64,000 nucleotides of DNA from an uncultured Nitrososphaerota archaeon (GTDB taxonomy: Archaea > Thermoproteota > Nitrososphaeria > Nitrososphaerales > CADDZS01), in contig CAWCYI010000004.1 in assembly GCA_963799845.1 (NCBI GenBank), positions 1,376,001 through 1,440,000 of the forward strand, read 5' to 3'. Each line of letters opens with the position of its first letter. Positions within the stretch are counted from its first letter, which is position 1. Shown in pieces: positions 1-9,026 of this stretch. The translations under genes were made by a program, and so were the position numbers. The notes beneath the pieces were generated by a model. It saw only the letters and a list, made by a program, of their open reading frames with translations, was not told the DNA's origin and made no database searches.

Positions 1-818
1 TCTCTTCCTCTGGATTTTCTACATCAATCGTTACCTTGTTGCCTTCTTTCGCGACGTTTTTGACCTTCAATTTTCTCAGTGAATTCAGAATCGTTTCGCT
101 CACCTGCTTCAATTGTATTACCGTCTTTCTTCCGTGTATAGATCGTTCAAGTTCCTCCGGGGTGCCTATCGCCATGAGCTTGGTATTCAAAATGCCAATC
201 CTATCGCAGACTCTCTGCGCCTCGTCGAGGTTGTGGGTGTTTAGAAAAATGGTCTTCTTCTCCTTCTTCAGCTCAAGGATGAATTCCCTCACCGTCTTTG
301 CAGACTCGGGGTCGAGATTCGCTGTGGGCTCATCCATGAAAATTATCTCGGGGTCATGGATCAGGGCGCGAGCTATCGCTAGCTTTTGCTTCATCCCCTT
401 CGAGAACGTCCCCGCTAGAGCATCTTTCTTTTCCCATAGTCCGAACAGCTTGAGGAAGTACTCGTTGCGCTCTTTCCGCTGGGAATCGGTCCGCCTGTAC
501 AGAATTCCATAGTAGTCCAAATTCTCGTAAGCGGTCAGTGACTCGTAAAGACCCACGTTATCCGGAACGAGCCCGATGATCTTTCTGATCTTCATGGCAT
601 CTTGCAATCGGCCAATTTCATAATCGCCAATCCTGGCGCCTCCGCTCGTCTTGGATATCAGGCAACAAAGCATCCTCACCGTGGTCGTCTTACCCGCTCC
701 ATTTGGTCCTAGAAAGCCGAAGATTTCTCCTTCGTTCACTTTGAAAGTTACGGAATCAACCGCAGTTAGATTACCGAACTTCTTTGTGAGGTTCTCAGTC
801 TCGATTATGATAACCCAC
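1..818 (-). CDS. ABC transporter ATP-binding protein (multidrug/ABC-2 type), runs off window start
   Basis: Manual translation of minus strand: IIIETENLTKKFGNLTAVDSVTFKVNEGEIFGFLGPNGAGKTTT (Walker A), FSKGMKQK signature, IIFMDEPT (Walker B). No clean in-frame start codon; GTG near 818 is one base out of frame. Confidence 0.93.
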
Positions 819-1090
819 CGCGATATTTCTCGGAACTAACAAAATCATCCCTTTTTTCTGGATTGCTATTGAAAGTGGCGAAAAGGAACGATGCCTGAAA
901 AGCGGGTCGGTGAGGCTGGCAAGGATAACGTAGTGAACGGTAGTGAAAAAAGTCACGATTTCGGCGAGCTGACTCCGTAAATCGCTAGGATATTGCCTGA
1001 ACGCTGCCATGTCCGTGTGCTTAGGTAGGAACATCCACATCTGCATAGACCTTTCGTTTCACAGATCGAGGATTCATTCGAAAAGGATTT

Positions 1091-1247
1091 TGCGCGGACC
1101 TACTGCTAGTAGAGGGCAATCCAATCACAGACATAAAGTCAACTCGGAATATTGTGAATGTTTGGAGGTTAGGCATCCCAGTCCACGAGGATAGATTAGG
1201 TGAATTTTTTACTAGTAAATCGGGGTTCAAATCCCACATTCCGCGCA
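1091..1247 (+). ncRNA. tRNA-like structured element (acceptor stem + T-loop, no D-arm, ~110-nt structured insert)
   Basis: TGCGCGGA (1091-1098) pairs with TCCGCGCA (1240-1247); GGG-TTCAAAT-CCC T-loop at 1223-1235; 12-bp helix 1105-1116/1205-1216; hairpin 1128-1134/1158-1164. Confidence 0.5.
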
Positions 1248-1263
1248 TGGAATCATTCGTACT

Positions 1264-1742
1264 TTGAATTTACTCCCATGCCGTTCTGGAAGAAGAGGCG
1301 TTTGCCTTCACTGTGTTGAAGTTTGCTGGTGCTGCTTATCTCACCTACCTAGGGATCCGGACATTGCTTTCCATAAGGAAGGAGAAACGCTTCACTACAG
1401 ACGAAGTAAAGATCCCAGACAAATGGTTTCACAATCGTGGGCAGGATTAATTCACCTTTCCTCCAAGGACTCTTCAGCGACGTCCTCAATCCCAAGACTG
1501 CGATCGTTTTTACCAGTCTCATAGTACAGTTCGTGACTCCAGGGCCCTTGGTCGCGATTGAGTCTGCCTCGTTAGGTGCGATCTTCTCAATCATGGCCCT
1601 CGGCTGGTTTGTGTTCTTTTCAATATCAATCGGTGCGACCGGAAAGTTGCTTACTCTCCCGCGCGTCAAGAAGGCATTGGATGCCATGACGGGTCTTGTC
1701 TTGATAGGTCTTGGCATCAAGGTACCAACAGAATCACGCTAG
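1264..1742 (+). pseudogene. LysE/RhtB-family translocator remnant (N-terminus deleted, frameshifted)
   Basis: AFTVLKFAGAAYLTYLG in one frame, then FLQGLFSDVLNPKT...LDAMTGLVLIGLGIKV in another; the TPGP-containing N-terminus is missing. Confidence 0.75.
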
Positions 1743-1769
1743 CGGACGGAGAGAGTACTCACTCGAATA

Positions 1770-1910
1770 TTACTTCTTTCTTTTAGTTAGGGCGGCGACT
1801 GGAATGATTCTTTTGGTCTTGCGTTGATATTCCGCGAACCCGGGGTATAACTTGGCTTGACGCGCGTATAGGGTGTCATGTTCAGGGCTTTTGATCTCTT
1901 CCGCATGCAC
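1770..1910 (-). pseudogene. C-terminal remnant of a deazaflavin (F420)-dependent nitroreductase (Ddn family)
   Basis: Manual translation VHAEEIKSPEHDTLYARQAKLYPGFAEYQRKTKRIIPVAAL matches the Ddn C-terminal YPGF.EYQ.KT.R.IPV motif; N-terminal half is absent. Confidence 0.7.
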
Positions 1911-2029
1911 ATTCCCAGATGCCCGGCCAATAATTCGCTAAATAATAGTTGTCAGTGCGGACCTCAAAGCGGCCAGCAGGGCAAAACGCATTACCGTGCA
2001 TGGGCGCCCGAGGAATATTTCTGACATCA

Positions 2030-3397
2030 CTAGGATGATGAGAAATATATCTGATAAGAGGCCCCTCTGATAAACTGCCACACAGCATAGCAGTGCGTGC
2101 CGAATGCGGCAATCTCTCCCGTTGCGATGTCCTGTCCGTCTCCAGCTTGAGTTCCGCTCGGGTTCTGCGAGACATTGATTCCTGGTTGCGAGGACCAAGT
2201 TATTCCTCCATCTGCGCTGTACGAGACGCGAAATATCCAAGTAACGGGACTCGCGCTTGATTCTTGTGACCAAGCAACAAACACGTTCTGTCCATCAGAT
2301 GTAGCGACGTTATACGGGAAGACGGTAACTCCGCTCAATCCGCTTAAATCGACGGGGCTGTTCCACGTAGTTCCAGCGTTCGTAGTGGTGTACACGTACA
2401 CTTGGGAGAGTTTAGTCCCCGGATGTGTGTGGTCGGCAATCCAGGCCGAGTTTCCATACGCGTTTACCATCGGCGCCCATGAATTTTTGAGAGCGGGAGA
2501 AACTGTCCTCGAAATGTTGATCTGAGGACTCCAAGTTGCTCCATAATCATTGCTGTGCAGTTCGCCAACATTACATCCTCCTGAAGGAGAGCCACAGGGG
2601 CCTTTCGTTTCCGTCACTCCGTACACATTAGGACCGGATGCCGCAATCCAAGGCTCGGAAGGACAGCAATTGGGCACACTTGCAGACACGTTTACCCAGG
2701 ACACTCCGTTGTTTTTGCTTACAGAGAGTCCCTGACCTGCGATTGCATAAACATACTGACCACCCCACGCTGCGAGCTGCGGCTCGTGGAATGTGCTGTA
2801 TTCATGCGGCGTGCTCCATGTAGCACCTGCGTCCGTGCTCACTGTCACGAATGAATGTGAGTTTGAACCATCGGCGAAAGCAACGTAAACATTGTCTCCC
2901 CACGAAGCTATGACTGGCGTAATTGCCGGAAAACTTGTTTTGATCACCACGGGGGTGTTGAAGCTAGCACCAAAATTTGTGCTAGTTGCAACGGTCGCCT
3001 GAGCAACAGTTGATCCCTTTGGTTTTTGCGACCATACGACGTAAACGTTAGAACCATTCGCCGAAATCAATGGATACGCTGCGCCTCCCTTTGCCGATAT
3101 TGTCATTGGGGGCGATGCTAGAGGCGGGCTCCAAGTGACGCCACCGTCCGGGCTTGCTCGGAACTTTACCGTATTAGCTTCAAGCCAGGCGACATAAACA
3201 TTCGTGCCAACATTGAAAACATTCGGGTAGGTCGCTTTAGCGGAATCTGCACTGATGTTCACGGGGGTACCAAATGTCGGGCCCGCCGCGGAGACAGGTC
3301 TTAAATTGGTAGTACTTAGGAAACTCGCAAGAATTAGAAACGTGCCAAGGGTGACTATGGTTTTGTTTAGTCTGAATCTTTTGTTATTCATTAACAT
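2030..3397 (-). CDS. Secreted BNR/Asp-box (sialidase-like beta-propeller) protein
   Basis: Signal peptide plus repeated Asp-boxes (SPDGGVTW, STDAGATW, SKNNGVSW, SNDYGATW, SADGGITW); start at 3397 chosen from TATA spacing. Confidence 0.8.
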   Translation of the reverse strand: MLMNNKRFRLNKTIVTLGTFLILASFLSTTNLRPVSAAGPTFGTPVNISADSAKATYPNVFNVGTNVYVAWLEANTVKFRASPDGGVTWSPPLASPPMTISAKGGAAYPLISANGSNVYVVWSQKPKGSTVAQATVATSTNFGASFNTPVVIKTSFPAITPVIASWGDNVYVAFADGSNSHSFVTVSTDAGATWSTPHEYSTFHEPQLAAWGGQYVYAIAGQGLSVSKNNGVSWVNVSASVPNCCPSEPWIAASGPNVYGVTETKGPCGSPSGGCNVGELHSNDYGATWSPQINISRTVSPALKNSWAPMVNAYGNSAWIADHTHPGTKLSQVYVYTTTNAGTTWNSPVDLSGLSGVTVFPYNVATSDGQNVFVAWSQESSASPVTWIFRVSYSADGGITWSSQPGINVSQNPSGTQAGDGQDIATGEIAAFGTHCYAVWQFIRGASYQIYFSSS

Positions 3398-3423
3398 GGG
3401 TTCTACGTATGGAATTTGGGACG

Positions 3424-3469
3424 CTATAAATAAACGATATATCGACTTTTGATATAACATTGATATATC
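3424..3469 (-). promoter_or_regulatory. TATA box with upstream GATATA(T/A)C operator array
   Basis: TTTATTTATAG (minus strand) ~26 nt before ATG 3397; palindromes CGATATATCG (3435-3444) and GATATATC (3462-3469), plus GATATAAC (3451-3458). Confidence 0.45.
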
Positions 3470-3694
3470 TCATTGGCCCGTCGAAACAACCCGCTTAATT
3501 GGCCCAAGGAGATTAGGGAATTTACAATTGCTCTTTGAAAATATTCTCCAAATTTCACCCAGGTGATCATTTTGAACGAAGAACCAGATTCAAATTGTAA
3601 ATGGACCTAACAATTTGAAACAAGCTTAGTTCAGTTCGTTATCGTTTAATTTCAAGTTTTTAGCTCTCTTTTTTAAAAAATCTCAGTTCATCAC

Positions 3695-4045
3695 TCACTC
3701 GAACACTTCTATTCCCACGCTCTTCTTAATCAATGGCGAGAACTTGCCGTTGAAGGTGGTAGCCTGCACGCGCTTATCGTCGATGTAGTGATAGTTGCCG
3801 CCGCGCGGTTTTCCGAAAATTATTTTGTGGTACTTGAAGCCGTGCAACTTCAGCCACGTCTCCGTGATCTCCCGGTGCTCTTCCAGCCTTGCTGTGAAAA
3901 AGCAGATGTAATCTTTTGAATCGTAATGGGAATTTATCCACGCCTTCGCCCCTCTAATTTCTTCGGCGGTAGCCATCAAATCCGGTCTTTCGTTTTCTAC
4001 GTGGGTACAAACTACTCCGTCAATGTCGATCATGTAATTTTTCAA
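3695..4045 (-). CDS. Small cap-less HAD-superfamily phosphatase
   Basis: KNYMIDIDGVVC (DxD motif I), FFTAR (motif II), KP...YIDDK (motifs III/IV); TTG start at 4045. Confidence 0.8.
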   Translation of the reverse strand: MKNYMIDIDGVVCTHVENERPDLMATAEEIRGAKAWINSHYDSKDYICFFTARLEEHREITETWLKLHGFKYHKIIFGKPRGGNYHYIDDKRVQATTFNGKFSPLIKKSVGIEVFE

Positions 4046-4283
4046 TTTGCACAGAACCCCAAAAAAGCTTGACAAGGGCGTTGATTCCAGGGCTATATAC
4101 CAATCTCCCGGAAACGAAGACTTGGCTTGACAAAAAAAAGTCGACAGATAATCCCACATCACCCTCTCCTTCCAACAAAGATCATGCGTATTCTACGGTC
4201 AGACAGGCCAACCACAAAACTCCCAACTAAATTGACTTTTTTTTGTGAAATGGAAAATTGCTATACTTTTCTTCCCATAACTG

Positions 4284-4291
4284 CTTAATTA
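4284..4291 (+). promoter_or_regulatory. TATA box (leaderless transcript)
   Basis: CTTAATTA ends 24 nt before ATG 4316; the same motif and spacing occur before glyA. Confidence 0.55.
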
Positions 4292-4315
4292 CCGGGTGTT
4301 GCCTTTACGCAACTC

Positions 4316-4708
4316 ATGGACAGCATAGTTCACTTCGAAATTCCTGCGGACGATCCGAAGCGTGCGGGCGAGTTTTACACCAAGGCCTTTGGCTGGAATG
4401 TAATGGCAATGCCAGAGATGAATTACACAATGATTTCAACGACCCCTTCTGACGAAAATGGGATGCCGACAAAGCCAGGAGCAATCAACGGCGGGATGCC
4501 AAAACGAGGGATGGGAGTCGAGCATACCGTTGTGACAATCCAGGTGCAAAGCATCGAGGATGCGCTTACGAGGATTGAGAAACTCGGCGGGAAGAAAGTT
4601 TCCGACAAGATGCCGGTAGGGGACATGGGTTTCGCGGCGTACTTCAAGGACACCGAAGGAAACGTAGTGGGCCTCTGGCAGCCTGCGATGATGCCAGGTC
4701 AGATTTAG
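4316..4708 (+). CDS. VOC/glyoxalase family protein
   Basis: IVHFEIPADDPKRA.FY...FGW; YFKDTEGNVVGLWQ. Confidence 0.92.
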   Translation: MDSIVHFEIPADDPKRAGEFYTKAFGWNVMAMPEMNYTMISTTPSDENGMPTKPGAINGGMPKRGMGVEHTVVTIQVQSIEDALTRIEKLGGKKVSDKMPVGDMGFAAYFKDTEGNVVGLWQPAMMPGQI

Positions 4709-4719
4709 ACGCCTAACTC

Positions 4720-4760
4720 GATCGGACTTGTTCGTAAGTTCGATCAACCTATCTTTTTTC
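4720..4760 (+). terminator. UUCG hairpin followed by T-tract
   Basis: GATCGGACTT-G-TTCG-T-AAGTTCGATC just after the stop codon, then TCTTTTTTCT. Confidence 0.45.
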
Positions 4761-4790
4761 TACTGAATTGTTTTCTCGGAGATAAATTGA

Positions 4791-5246
4791 ATGCCTGATT
4801 GGAAGGTCTCTGCCCCAAAAAGCGATGATGAATATTTTGAGCGCATGACAAAAGCCCTGTTCCAGGCCGGTCTAAACTGGAAGATGATCGATGACAAGTG
4901 GCCAAATTTTGAAAAGGCATTTGCGGGGTTTTCGATTCCCAAGGTGGCGAAATTCGGCGACAAACAAATTGGAAATCTAATGGAAAATCAAGGCATCGTC
5001 CGAAACGAAAGAAAAATCAGGTCAACGATTTACAACGCGCAACAATCGCTTCTAATCGAGAAAGAATTCGGCTCGTTCAAGGATTATTTCCGGTCGTTCG
5101 GAAAGGACCATGCAAAGCTAATGGAGGATCTCCAAACGAGATTCAAGCACTTGGGGGAATCCAGCTCGAGGACTTTTCTCTGGATGACTGGAGTTAAGCT
5201 CGAACCCACTGCTGAAGAAAAGCGGTGGATGGCGAATAACTCCTAA
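4791..5246 (+). CDS. tag: DNA-3-methyladenine glycosylase I
   Basis: DDEYFE.M.KALFQAGLNW...KWPNFEKAFAGF; GIVRNERKI; FKHLG. Confidence 0.88.
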   Translation: MPDWKVSAPKSDDEYFERMTKALFQAGLNWKMIDDKWPNFEKAFAGFSIPKVAKFGDKQIGNLMENQGIVRNERKIRSTIYNAQQSLLIEKEFGSFKDYFRSFGKDHAKLMEDLQTRFKHLGESSSRTFLWMTGVKLEPTAEEKRWMANNS

Positions 5247-5254
5247 CTAGTTTT

Positions 5255-5455
5255 TCAGCGATTTTTCCCGACAATGAGCTCGGCAAGGTCGTGCGCAGCC
5301 TTCATCGCACGCTCGTACTGGGCTTCGAGCCTTTTTGCTCGCAGTCTGGACTCGCAGAGAGGGCATACAGATGCGCTGTTAATCATCGGGTACGATATCT
5401 TTACCTTTTCTTTTTCATGTTCGAAGCACTCAAGGTACTCTAATTGAAAAGCCAA
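5255..5455 (-). CDS. Small hypothetical protein with possible Zn-binding motif (C..H...CPLC) and coiled-coil tail
   Basis: ECFEH...VCPLCE followed by a helical tail; TTG start assumed. Confidence 0.55.
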   Translation of the reverse strand: MAFQLEYLECFEHEKEKVKISYPMINSASVCPLCESRLRAKRLEAQYERAMKAAHDLAELIVGKNR

Positions 5456-5630
5456 GGACTGTTCTCTCCGTTTTTCTTGACATGTTAGAAGAATACCCAA
5501 CTATTTAGCATGTAAGCAGTAATCATACAGAATGCAGGAACGTATATCGAATTCCAGATGAGAACAGGTATGATTGACTGGGAGCTTTCTAGGAGTGGAG
5601 AAACCATCCTCCACTCCTGATTTACGATTC

Positions 5631-7665
5631 TTACTGATCCTGCCCGTTCACGAATGTTACCGTGTTGAAGATCACGGTCTCCGTCTGTCCCGTGAATAAA
5701 GGATCCAGATAGGCGTTGGCCACCACATTCTTGTCCCACACGACCGAGCCCCCTCCCAGCGGAAGTTTGATCGTGCCGAGCCATATGTAGGGAGCGTCGT
5801 TGTATATCTGCTTCTGAGCTGCGGTACAGAGCGAGATCAACGTTGAATTGGAAGCTCCATTGGTCCATGAATTGACGCACTGCTGTACAGTGGGGTTGCT
5901 ATAGATCGCATAATTGCCGGCCGCGCTCTGGTTGCTCACAAAGAGTATCCACGAGTCCGCGGGGGTTGGCTCGTCCGGCGCCCAAGTTTCCGATCCAAAC
6001 CACGTCATCTGGGCTACCTGCTGAGCAACCGGCACCGCGCCAGAATAAGCTCCTGCCGCAACATATGGTAGCGTGTATTCGCTCGAAGGCGTCACCTCGA
6101 CATTTATGTTGAGCCCGATCTGCGACAGATCGCCCTGAATTATCTCGGCGGCAGAAACGCAAAAGTTGCAACCTGCTTCTACCCTGAACTCGATGGTGGG
6201 AAGGTTTGCCGTGTTTATGCTCGCGTTCTTCAAAATCTGTTTTGCGAGCGTCACGTTATACTGGTAGGGTGGAAGGTTTCCAAGGTCGTAGTACTGCGAC
6301 TGCGAAGGATACTCGGGACCCATGAATGGTACCAGTCCGTTGAAGAAGACTTCCTGCGAAATGTTGGAGTAATTAATCGCGTGGACTATTGCCTCTCTAA
6401 CGGCAGTAATGTTCGTGGGATACCTGAGAGTATTCATCGTTGCTCCAACAAACGCCATCGAGTTGTTCGGCAGGACGGAATAGCCGTATTTGGCTGGATT
6501 AGCTTGAATCAGCGGCCAATCTTCCGTTTCGATTCCCGCAATCTGGACTGTTCCCGAAGCTAGGTCTGCATATCTCGCGACATCGTCCGTCTTTGCATAA
6601 ATGATGACGTTTTTTACGTGACCGGGATCAAGATAGGGATTTGCTTGGATTTGAGCCGGAGTTAGATTCTTACCCCAATACGTAGGATTTTGAGTAAATT
6701 CCGCATAGGCATTTTCCGCTACTCCTGACACCATGTATGGCCCAGTTCCAGGAGCGGGATTGAGGTTGAAGTAAGGGTTGACTGCGGTCGGTGTACCATA
6801 ACCCCCGTGGTCCAAAACAAATTGGGTGTCGTACAAGAGACCCGTGAAAACGACCAATGCCAATGGGAACCACTGGAAAGGAGCCGCGAGTTGGAATACA
6901 ATCTGGTTCGCATTGGGGGCGTAAATTGGCCAAGAGCTGTTGCTCATTAGGGCGATGCCCTGCGCGGAGGGAGTTGTTACGCTGCTCTGGTTCAGTAACG
7001 CAAGCGTTGCGGGCCCGAAGTCAACCGAGGACATGTTGAAGACATCGTAAGTCTGTCATCCAGTTGCTGCTGTTGCCTGAGAGATAATAGTCGGCGTACA
7101 TCTCGCCCCAGACTTGGTAGGAGTTGAATGGATCTCCGTTGGAGAACGTGGCGTTCCTCAGATTAAATGTGTACGTTTCTCCATTGGCAGAAACGGTCCA
7201 GTTTGACGCGAGCATTGGCTCGGCAACGATCGCCCCGGTTGAGTATTCCAGCGAGGCGTTATCATCGACGAGAGACTGGTACACGGTGTCGGTTTGCCAG
7301 TTCGGATAGGGTTGTCCGACGTTCAGGAGCTGGCTAAGCTCACCGAATGGCCAGGTGAGATCATCGATTGACAATGTTTGGACGATTGATCCGCTGCTCG
7401 AACTTGAGGTGGAGGAGGAAGAAGACGAAGATGATGACGACGAACTCGATGATGAGCTGGAAGAAGTTGGAGGAGTAATTGAAGAGGACGATGAAGACTG
7501 GGAGGTGGAAGATTGCGACGATGAAGACGAGGTGGTGCTGGAACCTCGCGTAGTGGCATAGGCGATACCCCCTACGGCAGCGATGATAATCACAATTATG
7601 ACTGCTATTGCAGCAGTTCTCGAAATGGCGGACACATTTTTTCTGGCAGGCAAAAAGCGATCCAA
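5631..7665 (-). CDS. ABC transporter substrate-binding protein, family 5 (peptide/nickel), frameshift near 7055
   Basis: N-terminal TM anchor, Ser/Thr-rich linker, LASNWTVS..G.TYTFNLR.ATFSNGDP, GTGPY, VREAI.HAIN; ORFs 7021..7665 and 5631..7034 join with one indel. Confidence 0.9.
7395..7540 (-). repeat. Ser-rich low-complexity linker (TCN codon runs)
   Basis: SSTTSSSSSQSSTSQSSSSSS... inside the substrate-binding protein gene. Confidence 0.7.
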
Positions 7666-7878
7666 ATAGAATCTAAAAGAAACCGCCGAAATTTGCGTTA
7701 TAAAAGAATTGGATCTCTTCTGAGCGTGAGAAATAGGTCATTTTTGGAAGATTTCAGCTCGAAAATATGAGCTCCTAGATGAGTTCAATCGTATCTAACG
7801 GATACATGCCAAAATGGTTGGCAAAGCTCAGATAAGATATTCTATAATCTTCTATGTGAAAAACAGCTTTGCAGATCA

Positions 7879-8964
7879 TTAAGGCGTGCTGCTGGCAAGG
7901 GAACTGAGAGAAGCGAAATTCACTTCTGGTGTCTCGCCTGAGGAGCTGCCATCAAATCCTCCAATGCAGTATATGTAGCCTGACGAAGAAGCGCAGTTGG
8001 TCTCCGCTGTATCGGTATAGCTCCCGACCTGTTTCCAAGCGCCAATGCCGGAGGAAGAAACGCTGGCAAAATATACGGCGTTTGAATAGGCACCCTGATT
8101 TCCCTGACCCCCTACGCAGTAGATGGAGCTGGACACGATCACGCAAGATTGACCAGACAGCTGGATCGGATAAGGCGTCGTTGCCGTCCATGACCCTACG
8201 CCACTAGAAGATAATGCCGCGTAATACACGGAGCTCACTGCGTTACCGCTGCCGTCAGCCCCGCCTAGACAGTAGATGTAGCCTTGGGACGCGTAGCAGA
8301 TGGGATAGTAAACACCTGAAGGATATGAGTTCGTAACACTCCAATTTCCAATGCCCGAAGATGTGAGGGGAGCAAACCAGGCTGAGCTGCTGCTAGCGGC
8401 GGTTGCATTCAAGCCGTTCGATTCAGTGGTCCCTCCGACACAGTAGGCGTAGCCGGAGGATGCAACGCATGCAAGGGTGTCCGCGGGAACGGGGAAGGAT
8501 GTCGTAGAGGTCCACTTCCCTACCTGTCCGTTGCTCAGGGAAGCATAATAGCTGGAAGCAATATCATCTCCAGCATCATCATAAATTCCTCCAATGCAAT
8601 AGACATTAGCGGAATAATAGACGCACGACTGCCCGTAAACGGTCTCGGGATAGACGTTCGAATCAGCCGTCCAACTGGTGATGTTTGGGGAAGAGGAGAA
8701 TAGCGAGTTGGAAGAATAAATGTCATCGCGGGGACCTTGGTTTGCATCCTGTCCCCCAATGCAATAGATGTACCCCGTACCGTTGACGCACTGCTGCCCT
8801 CCCACATCAAATGCTCCACCTACTTGAAGGGGATACTCGGGACCAGATATCCAGACAGAGCTGCTCGTTGTAGTAGTTGCGAGCAGGGCTCCCACAACGA
8901 AAAGAGCAATTAGCGCAACTACGACAATCACAACTATGATGATGATTATTCTCGAAATTTTCAC
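7879..8964 (-). CDS. Membrane-anchored Kelch-like beta-propeller protein
   Basis: N-terminal TM helix; six repeats of C-x6-7-YC(I/V/L)GG...W...(Y/F)P. Confidence 0.8.
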   Translation of the reverse strand: MKISRIIIIIVVIVVVALIALFVVGALLATTTTSSSVWISGPEYPLQVGGAFDVGGQQCVNGTGYIYCIGGQDANQGPRDDIYSSNSLFSSSPNITSWTADSNVYPETVYGQSCVYYSANVYCIGGIYDDAGDDIASSYYASLSNGQVGKWTSTTSFPVPADTLACVASSGYAYCVGGTTESNGLNATAASSSSAWFAPLTSSGIGNWSVTNSYPSGVYYPICYASQGYIYCLGGADGSGNAVSSVYYAALSSSGVGSWTATTPYPIQLSGQSCVIVSSSIYCVGGQGNQGAYSNAVYFASVSSSGIGAWKQVGSYTDTAETNCASSSGYIYCIGGFDGSSSGETPEVNFASLSSLASSTP

Positions 8965-9026
8965 TTCGATTTTCCTACTTTGATACGTATTCAGGACGAA
9001 TGGAAATAATCAAAAATTTATCTTGA

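Noticed and set aside
36-512. 158-aa plus-strand ORF
   Set aside because: Antisense shadow of the ABC ATPase on the minus strand.
1116-1136. GCA-initiated mini frame AIQSQT* resembling a tmRNA tag
   Set aside because: Overlaps predicted helices, lacks a proper resume context and hydrophobic/Ala ending; expected by chance.
1091-1247. Canonical tRNA or tRNA-Sec call
   Set aside because: No D-arm, no identifiable anticodon loop or clear bulge-helix-bulge intron, and a mismatched outer T-stem.
7355-7561. Highly acidic poly-E/D ORF
   Set aside because: Reverse complement of the Ser-rich linker codons.
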